Assembly: GCF_006345805.1 (NCBI RefSeq)
Contig: NC_043009.1
Coordinates: 36,952,001 to 37,016,000, forward strand
Length of the DNA: 64,000 nt
Reading direction: 5' to 3'
DNA from: Octopus sinensis
Taxonomy: Eukaryota
Shown: positions 25,966 to 38,701 of the stretch, piece after piece
Position numbering within the stretch: the stretch's first letter is position 1
How the letters are laid out: every line of letters begins with the position of its first letter
Notes under the pieces: model-generated
Told to the model about the DNA's origin: nothing
The model's database searches: none
The model's input: only the letters and a program-made list of their open reading frames with translations
Position numbers and translations under genes: made by a program

Positions 25966-26343
25966 AGTCGTGGCTATGTGTGGTAAAAAGCTTGTTTCTC
26001 AGTCACATGGTCTCGAGGGTTCAGCTCCACTGCGTGATACCTTGAGCAAGTGTCTTCTAATGTAGCCTCGGTTCGACCAATGCCTTGAGAGCGGATTTGG
26101 TGAGTGGATTTGGAAACTAAAAGAAGCCTGTTGTATGTTTGTGTGTGTGTGTGGGGGGGGGCGTTGTGTATGAATATGTGTGTGTGTGTGTCATTTTGTC
26201 TGTGATTGCCCCACCAGCACTTGACAACCATTGTTGGTTTGTTTACGTCCTCGTAACGCAGCGGTTCGGCAAAACGAAAGCAATAGAATAAGTACCAAGC
26301 CTTAAAAAAAATCAATCCTGGGGTCATTTCATTCGACTAAAAG
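25966..26343 (+). mobile_element. SINE family B, older copy
   Basis: Head tggctatgtgtggtaaaaagc..gggttcagctccactgcgtg, body and internal TG tract. Confidence 0.85.
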
Positions 26344-27481
26344 ACTTTCATCCTTTCGGAGTCGATAAATTAAGTACCAACGAAACACTGGGGTCGATGT
26401 AATCAACTTACCCCTATCCCCGAAATTGCTCCCTGACTGAGTATTCCACACAGAATCAACATGACGCAGTGTATAATATGGTTGCAATAACTAGTGAATA
26501 TCATTTCGTAGAGGAAATGGCTGAAGAATTCTGGAGACACTGGTATTCTTTACTTATATCGTGAAACAATGCTGTATGACTCGAAATGCAGCATGCTACA
26601 TCTTTGGAATGACAAGTTCAGTGCATATGGAGTACTTCCACGCACCTTCTATCTATGGAAGCACCCTGAAGATACCACGGTAACACGATCGAATCCAGGT
26701 TCTGGTAATTGCCAAGTGAATTTCTTAAAGCTTCGGCGACAAATACCAAGAAGCTATGCATCTCCATTCAAACATACACGCAATCGCACGCGCATACACA
26801 TAGGCACACATACACACATACAGACGTGCACATTCACCCATCCACCCACGCATACATAATCATGCAATAACAACAAACTTCTTAAGCAAAAGACTTGCAA
26901 AAAGTATAAGGTGCAAAAAAAAAAAAAAAAAAAAAAAGAAAACAAGGAAAATTCAGGCACTATAGACACACCAGGATATAATATACACGCTGAAATGTAA
27001 ATATACCTTCAATGCCATATACATCGAATAAAAGATAATACAGGAAACGTTGGAGGGAAATCATATAAAGGCTCGTGCACAGACGTATACAGTTGTGTAT
27101 ACATCAACACACCTCATATACTTCTACCCAGACGCACTATTTACCTACCCACCTGTCTACATGCGAACGCGCACACACGCACTCCCTCTCTCTCTCTCAC
27201 AAAAACATATGCACGCATACACACACATACACACATATATATATACACCTACATATATATTTATACGTATGTATATAGGTATACACACACACACACATAT
27301 ATATATATACATACACACATACATACATACATACATACATACATACATACATACATACATACATACATACACATACCTATACATATATATATATATGTCT
27401 CTGTGTGTGTATATACATATATACATACTCACACATACACATACACATACATATTATGTATTCTGGGTGTAATCAAATATA

Positions 27482-27532
<51 letters not shown>

Positions 27533-27602
27533 TATGTATGTATGTATGTAATACATATATATATATTACGTAGTATAACTACATATATACATAAAAATAG
27601 AT

Positions 27603-27635
<33 letters not shown>

Positions 27636-28417
27636 TTACGTATATATATATTTATACACACACATACGTACACGCATACACGTATACACTCGATCACGCA
27701 CGCACCCAAAACTTATTGCGATTGAGCTGTGGGTGAAGACAAAGAGGGAAAAAAGAAAGTGAATTAGAAAAGGAAGAAAAATAATATTAAAAGCATAAAC
27801 TATTTGCACTGTGTGTGTATGCTGAAGAGGGTGGGGGAGAGAGAGAGAGAGAAGGGGAGAGGTAGAAGATGAGAGGGAGAGAGCGAGAGGGAGAGAGAGA
27901 TATGGGTAGAAGGAGGAGGTGATGAGGAAAATGAATAGCATAAGAAGGGAAATACGAGATGGGGAAAAGAAGGAGGGCGAGATTAAGAAAGAGAATGAGA
28001 GAGAGGGGGTGAGAGAGGGGTGAGATAGAGGGGTGAGATAGAGGGGTGAGGGAGAGAGAGAAAGAGAGTGAGAGGATGATGGGGAATAGAATAAGTAAAG
28101 AAATATGAGAAGAGAGAGAGAGAGAGGCTCAACTCTAAGAAGAAAAATAAAAGCGGGCAACGCGAAATGGTCCAGACTACCGCACGCGCACTTACACACG
28201 CGCACACACATACACACACAGAGACAAACATGTATACATACATACACACACAAACAAAACAGACACATTTACACATACACATAGTATATGATTACGTATT
28301 CACACATGATATGGCTATATCTATGTATATATATCTGGATACATGTGTATAAAATATATGTATGTATGTACGCATGCATACGTGCAGATATGTATATAAA
28401 TAAATAAATAAATATAT

Positions 28418-28424
28418 ATGCATA

Positions 28425-28455
<31 letters not shown>

Positions 28456-28456
28456 C

Positions 28457-28527
<71 letters not shown>

Positions 28528-28566
28528 GTATATATATAGTATATATATATATATATATGTGTGTGT

Positions 28567-28632
<66 letters not shown>

Positions 28633-28984
28633 TATGTGTGTTGTGTGTTGTGTGTGTGTGTGTGTGTCAAAAATGTATATATGCGTGTGTGCCATGAATG
28701 CATCAGTATACATACATGTATGTTGTGTGTGTAGGTAGTAATATACATACATGCATGCATAAGCACATATAAGTGCACAGATTTATATATGCATACATAC
28801 GTGCATAAACGCCTGTATACTTATATGCATACATAATTCTATACATATATGCATTCATAAATATGTAGATATGTGCTTAAAATAAATGCATTTTTACATA
28901 TAGATGTGAGGTGCACATGCATACACACACATAAACATACACACACACTTGCGTGTGTGTGTGTTAATAATACTAATGGATGAA

Positions 28985-29034
<50 letters not shown>

Positions 29035-29120
29035 AATATATATATATATGATATATATATATATATACAACACACACAAATATTATATATATATATATAT
29101 ATAGATATATATATTATATA

Positions 29121-29202
<82 letters not shown>

Positions 29203-29230
29203 ATATATATATATGTATGTATGTATATAT
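28418..29230. repeat. Compound (TA)n/(TG)n/(CA)n microsatellite field
   Basis: Directly visible. Confidence 0.95.
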
Positions 29231-29837
29231 ACATAAAACTACACAACACCGATATTTTGTGGGGGTAGGTTTATAGATGAGAGCATGGAGTATGGGGTGT
29301 GGGTGGGGGAATAGGAGCGATATCGACAGAAAGTAGTTATTTCGCAATAAGACAGGAAAAAGCTGACGATGGGGTGGGATGGGGGTGGGGAAGTCGATGG
29401 GGGTAGGGCGTTCTTGGAGCGAGGACAGGGTGAAGAATAGGGTGGCTACAGGAAAATACGTGGAGTAAATAATAAATAAAGCACGAAATTGGGCCAAGTG
29501 GCCTAGTTTACCAAAATATGTGAAGTAGATTGTCTCCCTAGGACCGCCACCACCTCCACCACCCCGCCGACAACCGTCGCCACCACCACCACCACCCCGC
29601 CGACAACCGTCGCCACCACCACCACCACCACCGCCAACACCACCAGCCGTCTACTACACTGATACATCAAATCTTTTATTTTTATCTTCAATCCAGTCAT
29701 ACAACCACCATAACAACATTTTTGGAGTGGAAAACACTGTCCCTTCTCTGTGGTTCCTCTTACTCTTTCTCTTTCTCCCCCTTTCTCTCTCCCCTCTATT
29801 TTTTTGTCTCTTTGTATATGAATGGATGTGCTTAAAT

Positions 29838-29883
<46 letters not shown>

Positions 29884-29937
29884 TCATGCACTCACCACGT
29901 ACACGCATATACGTACAAACTCATGTACGCATCTGTA

Positions 29938-31090
29938 CAGGATGTCCCAAAATAAAGGCGACCAACTTTTTTTCAATTTTGCCAGAGGAGAATATTGTTA
30001 TATTTCGGGTCCGAGTGTTGCAATGCAATGGCAAAGGAAACACAATTAAGACACTACCACATTTATTCGATATGACCACCTCTGTTTCGAATCTAGGTGC
30101 GAATGATTCACACACAGCATCCAGCCTGGAGCAGTTTTGCCTTCAGAGCGTCGAGTGAAGCACGAAGAGTGCCCAAGACACTCGTCTCTAGAATGGACCA
30201 AACATAAAAATCCAACGGGTTGAAATCGAGGCTTCTTGAGGGCCATGCATTTTCGCCTATGAACGACGGAATTTTTTTTCTTATGAATCCAATGTTGCGT
30301 TTGTTTGGAGCTGTGGGGTGGAGTCGAGTCCTGTTGGAAGCTCCAAGGTGCTCCTTGAAACTGCTCATTCAGTTCAGCTTCCAGAATGTCGCAAATGTAT
30401 CGCTGAATGTTAATTTCAACACCCGAGGGCACAAAAATGAGAGAAGACCTTCCAGTGGCTGTCACAACCGCCCAAACCATAACTGATTGTGGATTTTGAC
30501 GTCGATTTACGGGTCTATCCTCGGTGGAGACAAATACATTCCAAAGTTGGTCATTCTGGTGGTCTAGTGTCTGTTCGATGACAAATTTCTTGTCACCAGT
30601 GAAGACTAGGTTGGGCAACGTACCTTCAGCCATCTAACGTAGGATAAGACGACTTCTCTTCAGTCTCATGGCCTTGCGTGAGCTCATGGCAGCAGATCAT
30701 CTTGTAGGAGTGAGTTCTGAGATCCTCCTTCAGCACTCGATACATCGATGTTTGGCTTATTTTTGCTGCGGCAGCCAGTTTTCTGACGGAACGACCAAGA
30801 TTTCGCCGTATCTTTTCTCTCGTGCTTTTGATAAGCTGAAGGATCCGCACACTTCTTTTTCTGCCACGTCCTGGTCGATCAGCGGTGGAACCAGTTTCTT
30901 GAATTTTCTTGACGATTTTTCAGACTATTGTTCGGTTAATTTTAAACTTTTTTGCTATAGCTGTATTACTTTCACCTACTTTGTAGTGTGTAATGATTAT
31001 ATTTTGGCCTATAGCCATTATTATCTTATCTTATTTATTGATTGCTATTAAAGCCTGAAACTTTGGTTGCCTTAATTTCGGGATACCCTG
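29938..31090 (-). mobile_element. Full-length decayed maT (DD37D) Tc1/mariner transposon
   Basis: TIRs caggatgtcccaaaataaaggcgaccaa and rc cagggtatcccgaaattaaggcaaccaa, with TA on both sides. LVFTGDKKF..HQND, SVMVWA, FQQDSTPPH, WPSRSLDFNPLDF. About 37 residues between the last two Asp, with a frameshift in an A-run. Confidence 0.9.
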
Positions 31091-31467
31091 TATATGTATT
31101 TTGTTTAGTTATTAAGTTATAAATGTATACACACACACATACACACACACACACACACACATACACACACACACATATACTCACACACTCACACACACGT
31201 ACACATTTATTTTCACATATACATGTATGTATATATGTATTTATAATACAAAATTATATATATCATATGATATATTATACTAATGTAAATTGGGCAACAA
31301 CCTGGTCTATTCCATATGCAGCACTCAATGTGTATTCCCGGCTATCAACACGTTAAGATACGTATTTAAAGAAGTCCACTGGCGCAGGAACTCCAGGTTG
31401 TTATCACTAGGGTGTAAGTATTTCGCAAAGTTACGCATAAGACATGGAGAAAAATGAAGGTACCATT

Positions 31468-32522
31468 TAGCGTCGACTGAAAAGTTCATAGGCTGATCAA
31501 GATATTCGCGTGGAAAGTTGAAAGTGTTAAGTGATAAAACGGGGTTTATTTTTCAACATAATCCCACCCCGCTTTGCGGTTCACACACTTCTTCCATCGG
31601 TGTTGCAGTGCATGGATACCATTGGTGAAGAAACCGTCATCCTGTTGGTCAAAATGTTATTAACAGCAGATGTGACGTCATCATCACTGCTATGCTGGTT
31701 CCTAGCCATATGTGTTTTCATGTTAGAGAACAGATGACAGTCAGATGGGCCCAATTCAGGAGAATAGAGAATGGTGATCAACCAGTTCAAAACGTCAGTT
31801 ACGCACGGTAGTCATTAAAACCAAAGACTCGTGTGTCACAGCTTTATCCTGATGAAACAAAACCCCTTTCGTCGGTTTTCCTGGCCGTTTGGTCTTCGTA
31901 ACTTTTCGTAACTGCATCAGCATGTTGGTATAGTACTCTCTATTGCTGGTGTGGCCCTTTTGAAGATAGTCAATAAACACAATGCTTTTTGTATCCAAAA
32001 AACGGAGGCCATCACCTTCCCTGCTGATGAAACAACCTTGGACCTTTTTGGAGCAAGTAAGGTGGAGTATTCCATTGCATGAATTTATCTCTGGCTCAAT
32101 GTAATGAGTAGCATTGGCTATGTGATCTATAGTCAATCGCTTGTCATCCATCAACATGTGGCGAACACGATGTTTTCTTTGGTGGTAGAAGTTGTAGGAC
32201 GTCTAGGCCTTGGGTCATTTTCAAGATTCGCCCTTCTCCTAGATCTAGCTGCTCACTTTCGTACCGTTGATAATGCTGGAGCATCATCTCGTAATGTAAC
32301 AATCATGTCAGCATGAATGTTGTTAGGGGCTAAACCCTTTTTCTGTAGATACTTAATAATACCACAATGCCAAATTTTCTCCCTTTTCAAGAGAAGTGGC
32401 TACTAGTTACATTTGAAGTGTTCTTTGAACAGCCAGATGTTAGTTTACATGGAAAGAAGCAATGCAGTTATTAATAAGAACTTCATATGGGTAATACTGG
32501 AGCTTTTCAGCCCATCCTTGCA
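31468..32522 (-). mobile_element. Decayed mariner (DD34D) with internal deletion
   Basis: IKYLQKKGLAP..IHADM, FIDYLQKGHT, VLFHQDKAVTH, YSPELGPSDCHLF. 34 residues between the Asp residues allowing a 1-nt insertion. Degenerate TIRs ctgaaaagttc / gagcttttcag. Confidence 0.9.
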
Positions 32523-32956
32523 AGTTAAATATTGGTTACAGTTATTTCAGTACCACTCCGCTTCGAACCTCATTAATTACAAATGACTACATGTGACAAA
32601 TGATACATTTATAATACATGTTAGCCATGTTTCGTAAGTGTCCCAAGAGGTGCCATTCCTCACTATTTACCATGTATAAATTTATTTATGTTTTGTAGAA
32701 TGTATAGCAAACGTTGCTATTGTGTATGGTATGGTATGTATGGTAATTTATGACGCATAGTTATTTATATATAATATGGAGTCCAACTGAAACAATTGTA
32801 ACCAATTGTCCAACTTGTGTTATATTGATATCTCCATCTTGGTGGTCTTATATATAAATATTTGTGTGTGTGTGTGTGTAGGTATGTGTGTGTGTATATA
32901 TGTGTGTGTATTCATGTATGTAAATCTCTCTCTCTATTTATCTATCTATCTATCTA

Positions 32957-32990
<34 letters not shown>

Positions 32991-33074
32991 GTCTGGTTAC
33001 TTTTGAGGTCTGTTATGAATATTACTGGGAACATGTGCAATCATGTACAACAATCTAGTACAATCTGATGCATG

Positions 33075-33190
33075 GACGGGTCGTCGGCGACCAAATTGGC
33101 AACCCCACTAAGCTTGTCTGGTGAGGAGGGTTGCGACAAGCCTACCTCCTAGACTAAAAACAAGACCTGTTAAAAGGACAGATTAACCTA
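33075..33190 (+). mobile_element. Second, diverged copy of the RTE-like 5' leader
   Basis: gtcgtcggcgaccaaattggcaaccccactaagcttgtctggtgaggaggg aligns with the reverse complement of 22490-22549. Confidence 0.5.
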
Positions 33191-33482
33191 GTGTAGGATC
33201 AACGATTATCTAGCAATAGCCCGGACCCTAAAAAATTACGGGTTGGTATTCGGCATGCTGGAAGACCACTGGCTGTGAGGCAGCTCTCATCTTTCGTTAA
33301 AGTATGTTTCTAGACAGTAACTGTGATATAAAACCGGATACGCAGGGAATAGCATTAGACATTTTGAGAATATTTTGCTTGCGTTTGAGTTCATGCCGCT
33401 CCCACATTCATGAGACTGCAACCCATATCGGCACTGAATATTTTGCCTTGGATTGTGTCTTGATCATGTCAATAGGATGCAT

Positions 33483-33730
33483 GGGTCAGTGATGTGTTGT
33501 GCTCACCTTATTGGGCCTAAATTTTAAGTTGCGCGATCGCCAACGAGGCGACTTTCCGATGTCTGATTGAGTAGGAGGGCACCACGACAAGAACGGAAAC
33601 CGCGAGGCGAACCTAGACGAAGCCGACCGCGGGTACAATAGCCTCTTGCACCGAAGTAGCTCGCATTTTGCATGGACAATGGTCAGTGATGGTCTTTCTC
33701 AGTCAATGACTGACAGCCCTCATGTATACA
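33483..33730 (+). repeat. Unclassified ~230-bp dispersed repeat, copy 1
   Basis: Aligns with the reverse complement of 37443-37645 (gcgatcgcc..ggagggcacc..aagaacggaaaccgc..tggtcagtgatggtct..catgta). Confidence 0.8.
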
Positions 33731-34088
33731 TAAAAAGTGAGCTGATGCCGTGTAATGGAACAAAAGTATAAACAGCCAGTCATCGGCTACCAAGTCTATT
33801 TATAACATATTTATATAACATTTAAAGAGAAATGCAAAATCAAAACAAACTTGGAATTGATAGAAATTTTGTTTTTCCGCTTTTTGCTTCCACTTATGAC
33901 ATCGTTAATCTACTTACCTAAGACATATTTACACCAAGGACTTCCTTTTTATCTTATCGAGGAGAGTACCTACCTACATCTGAACTATTATAAACTTTCC
34001 CCATTCCAGACTATTCCTGGTTCCATATACACACACACACATACACACCCACCCACACACACACAAACACACACATATATATATATAT

Positions 34089-34132
<44 letters not shown>

Positions 34133-34219
34133 TAGCAATAAAGGGTTTAGAACGAATTGCCTTACCACATACCGAATTAGAATAGCAGTCAAAGAGTATA
34201 TAGCTATTTCTTCTACTAA

Positions 34220-34236
34220 AAAGTAGTTTTCACATT

Positions 34237-34290
<54 letters not shown>

Positions 34291-34307
34291 AATGTGAAAA
34301 CTACTTT
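34220..34307. repeat. 88-bp palindrome centred on (TA)n
   Basis: aaagtagttttcacatttacct-(TA)n-aggtaaatgtgaaaactacttt; the arms are perfect reverse complements. Confidence 0.95.
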
Positions 34308-34655
34308 CTGTGTCTCAGTATGTCACACTTAAACCCTCTCTTTCACTATTCAACGATACTCCTACTATTCCTCATGTGTGAGGTGAGACTAATAGCAGGC
34401 ATAGAGACAGTGAGGGCGGTGGCGAAGACAAAGCGAGAGAGAGAAGAGAGAGAGAGAGAGAGACAAAAAAGGGAGGGAGAGAAAGAGAGACAAAGTAATT
34501 TAGGGAAAATTGGTGTTTTATTAAAAGTAGTAATGTTGATTGTGGCAGTAGGAGTAATAATAAAAGAGAGAGAAAGAGTGGGTATGTGAGAGAAAGAGGG
34601 AGATGATATACAACTTTGTTTAAACATGTCTCTTTGAGAGCAACTCCTGTCGCCT

Positions 34656-35155
34656 GTGAGCTGGCAAAAACGTTAGCACGCCGGCCGAAATACTTAGCGG
34701 TATTTCGTCTGACGCTATGTTCTGAGTTCAAATTCCGCCGAGAGCGACTTTGCCTCTCGGAGTCGATTAAATAAGTAATAGTTACAAACTGGGGTCGATA
34801 TAGTCGTCTTAATCCGTTTGTTTGTCCTTGTTTGCCCTCTCTGTGGTTAGCCCCTTGTAGGTAGTAAAGAAATAGGTATTTCGTCTTCCGCTACGTTCTG
34901 AGTTCAAATTCAGCCGAGGTCGACTTTGCCTTTCATCCTTTCGGGGTCGATAAATTAAGTACCAGTTGCGTACTGGGGTCGATGTAATCGACTTAATCCG
35001 TTTGTCTGTCCTTGTTTGTCCCCTCTGTGTTTAGCCCTTTGGGGGTAGTAAAGAAATAGGTATTTCGTCTGAGTTCAAATTCCGCTGAGGTCGACTTTGC
35101 TTTTCATCCTTCTTGGGTTGATAAATTAAGTACCAGTTTTGGTCCTTGTTCCTAG
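34656..35155 (+). mobile_element. SINE family A trimer (A-A-B remnant)
   Basis: Three cores, each restarting at aaagaaata|ggtatttcgtc. Confidence 0.88.
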
Positions 35156-35714
35156 AGTTAATATAAGAAATTCTTGTCGCCAAAATACCGAACTCTATCA
35201 TTTTTTTGTTTTATTTTTTTGCTTTCATTAATACATACACTCATATATGTATAAAATGCACTTTAATTGAAATAAAGCTACCCCAAAATTAAACATATCC
35301 AATATATAGCAAATGTGAATGTCAGTGTGTCACAGTTTTTCAACTTTAATAAATCTTTTCTACTGGAAGAACAAGGACTCGAATTTTGAGGATAGAGTTT
35401 ACATCGACCCAAGTATGTAACTGGTGCTAACTTTATCGTCATGAAAGGATGAATTGTTAAGTCGACCTCGGCGCACACACACACATATAAAGAAAAAGAC
35501 GAGAAAGATTCTCTAAATCTAGTTACACTAGCTTACGTAGGTTTCATTAAAAGTATGCTCATATTTGTTACACAATGCAAATTAAATATTGAAGACATGT
35601 CAATCGTCAAGGAGATGGCTAGCGACAATATACATATACGTTTATGTGTTTGCTTATATATATATATATATACAAATATATATATATAATATATATATAT
35701 ATAGATATATATAT

Positions 35715-35747
<33 letters not shown>

Positions 35748-35762
35748 TAGATATATATATAT

Positions 35763-35942
35763 AGGCGCAGGAGTGGCTGTGTGGTAGGTAGCTTGCTAAC
35801 AAACCAAATATTCCGGTTCAGTCCCACTGCGTGGCATCTTGGGCAAGTGTCTCTGCTATAGCCCCGGGGCCGACCATGCCTTGTGAGTGGATTGGTAGAC
35901 GGAAACTGAAGAAGCCTGGTATATATGTATATATATAGTATA

Positions 35943-35981
<39 letters not shown>

Positions 35982-36185
35982 TGTGTCTGTGTTTGTCCCC
36001 TAGCATTGCTTGACAACGATGCTGTGTGTTACGCCCCGTCACTTAGCGGTTCGCAAAAGAGACCGATAGAATAAGTTAGGGCTTACAAAGAATAAGCCGG
36101 GGTCGATTTGCTCGACTAAAGGCGGTGCTCCAGCATGGCAGCAGTCAAATGACTGAAACAAGTAAAAGAGTAAAGAGTAAAGAGT
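35763..36185 (+). mobile_element. SINE family B, full length
   Basis: aggcgcaggagtggctgtgtgg (A box), ccggttcagtccc (B-box-like), internal TA/TG tract, tail gagtaaagagtaaagag. Confidence 0.92.
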
Positions 36186-36192
36186 ATATATA

Positions 36193-37440
36193 CACCCAGA
36201 ACCACGCTAATAGCTTAGGAGTGAAATTTAGGATTTCTCGGTTTTCTGTGAATCGATTTTGATAAAACTTTTCCCAGCTGGTTTGCACTCTATGGCAACA
36301 CTATTGTTATGTTTTCTTTATTCTGTGTAACGTCCTTTTATTTTTTATTTCAGATTCTTCACTTTTTTTGGTGAGCCACTCGAGTAGCTTTTGAATGAAA
36401 ATAACTTATATAGACATTTATTTACGTTCCGAAGACATGAGATGATTTGATGATACATGTTATTACCTACCATGAATAGGTTATCATACATTATTACGCT
36501 AAATTGCATATATATGTAACAGAAAAAACATAATACATGTTATACAGTAATTTATCGACATATAATTGAATTTAGCCACATGAGCGTCATTTCGACGGAT
36601 AACTTCAAAAACTCTATTAGTCATGCAATCCGTCAATTTCTTAATAGTAGCAAGTTGGACTGCCTCTGCTGCAGCTTTGATGGTCGCCCATAAAACATCT
36701 TTCTTCGTAAATTGGCGTCCATCGACATAAACATCCTTGTTTAATGATGGACCAAAGATTTTCGATAGGATTGAGATTCGGTGTTACTAGCGGCCAAACC
36801 ATCAACCTTTCGCCTTATAAGCTGTAAGACCCTAGGAATGTTTGGGTGATCCTAGCAGAGAGGGAGGGAGTGTTGTCATGCATGAATACGAGATTTCTTA
36901 GAAGTAACAACAGTATGTCATCTAGCCAGGGATCCAAGACCTCCTTCAGGAAGTTGCAGTAGGCGGCTGCGGCCACTTTAATCTCTTCAGGCAGCCTGAC
37001 TGGGCCAACAAGCCTGTCCCTAATTATACCAGCCCAGAACATCATTCCTCCTACTCTGTTGTTGACATTGTAAACGTTGGTGATACTCATCTCCAAAATA
37101 GACCCAACCCTTTACCCAACCGTCAGGTTCGTCAAGGATCTCCCTGGTTTCGTTAGTGAACAGAACATAACTCATGTCTAACGTCATGTACTGTTGGGCT
37201 CACTGAAGCCTGAAACTCCTGTGAGGAGGCAGTTTCAGGGGCTCTCGCGCGGAAGCCATAGCTCCCAGGATGCAATTTCTGATGGATTTCGGTGCATGCG
37301 GTTGTCTGGTTCCAGTGAAAATGGCCTTGCTTGTTTGGTCAGGTTTCCCACATAACTTGAGGCCAATATTCCTTAAATCCCTAGCTGTCACAGTCTTGTA
37401 GGTTCCACAATCGGATCATTTCTTCCTTGGCGATAGCACA
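36193..37440 (-). mobile_element. Decayed TRT (DD37E) Tc1-like transposon, 5'-truncated
   Basis: VLFTNETREILDEPDGWVKGW (TLDGPDGW-like), GGMMFWAGI, FMHDNTPS..MVWP..PNLNPIENLWS. Exactly 37 codons (one now a stop) between D and E. Confidence 0.88.
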
Positions 37441-37442
37441 TC

Positions 37443-37645
37443 TTAAATCTTAGGCCCGATAAGGTGTGTACATGATGGCTGTCCAGTCATGACCGAGGAA
37501 GACCATCACTGACCATAGCCCAGGCAAAATATTACCAAAGCCGGTGCATGAGACCGTTACACCTGCGGTTTCCGTTCTTATCGCGGTGCCCTCCTATTCA
37601 ACCGGACATAGGAAAGTGGCCTTGCTGGCGATCGCACAACACATC
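37443..37645 (-). repeat. Unclassified dispersed repeat, copy 2 (circularly permuted relative to copy 1)
   Basis: The block caccttat(t/c)gggcctaa..ttaag is at the start of copy 1 but at the end of this copy. Confidence 0.8.
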
Positions 37646-37842
37646 CTCTAAAGTATAACTACAGTCTGACAAATTTCGCTTATAATATTTAGAGTCATTA
37701 TAAGTGCCAGGCAATGGCATTGAACCAAGAACCGAATGATGGCGAAGTGGACTTCTTTACCGTCCGCAATGTTTGCACGCACCAACATAAATATACAATG
37801 CACACATACACACATACAATTACGCAAACACATATGTGTGTG

Positions 37843-37920
<78 letters not shown>

Positions 37921-38169
37921 TATATATGCATATATATGTGTGTGTGTATGTGTCTCGAGTGTGTGTGCGTTTATTTGTCATTGTAATTGCGTGTGCGTGG
38001 TTGGCTTAAAAGTGTGAATTTATTTCTATTTGTGCAGGCGTATGACAAATTGAGGACACAACAACAGCAGCAGAGGAGGAGGAGGAACTGGGGTGAGAGT
38101 GACTACGATGGTAATAAGGTCTTTTACAATGGCCCCCATCACCACCACCACTAACTCTTCTCTCCATTA

Positions 38170-38201
<32 letters not shown>

Positions 38202-38701
38202 CCTCAGAGTCGTTCATTCTATCTATTTACCCTTCCTTCTCTACTTTCCCCTTCTTTATGTCTCATATATCACTTAGCAGCTCTTTTGCAAGCCGACTGT
38301 CAACAGCCTAACATTGCAACATGTGCCACACAAGTTTATTAATAGACAGAGGGAATCCACCGACCAAACCTCCTTCTCACACCACCACCACTACCACAAC
38401 AACCACCACCACCAGCTCCTCCACCTTCCTCACTGTTCCGTTATTTAAAATGTCGCATTTCGAGTTATTCAAGGTTTTGGGTAACCCTAACCATCAACGA
38501 CCACCACCTCATAAAGATTATCCACTAACCTAACTAATGGTGCTGTACTACTTGCAGTAAAAGCATTACAAAACTTGTTTCAAGTATGAAATAATGTCAA
38601 ACGGTATTTAGTTTCGTTTCTGTGCGTTCTGAGTTCAAATCCCTCCCGTGTCAACTTTCTATTTAATATTTCCTCGGTTAAGTAAAATGAATTATCATAA
38701 A

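Noticed and set aside
26569-26859. 96-aa ORF MLYDSKCSMLHLW..
   Set aside because: No recognisable domain, and the end runs into a CA microsatellite.
29938-37440. Fanzor/TnpB cargo inside the Tc1/mariner elements
   Set aside because: The elements are fully accounted for by TIRs plus transposase, with no extra ORF or RuvC motifs.
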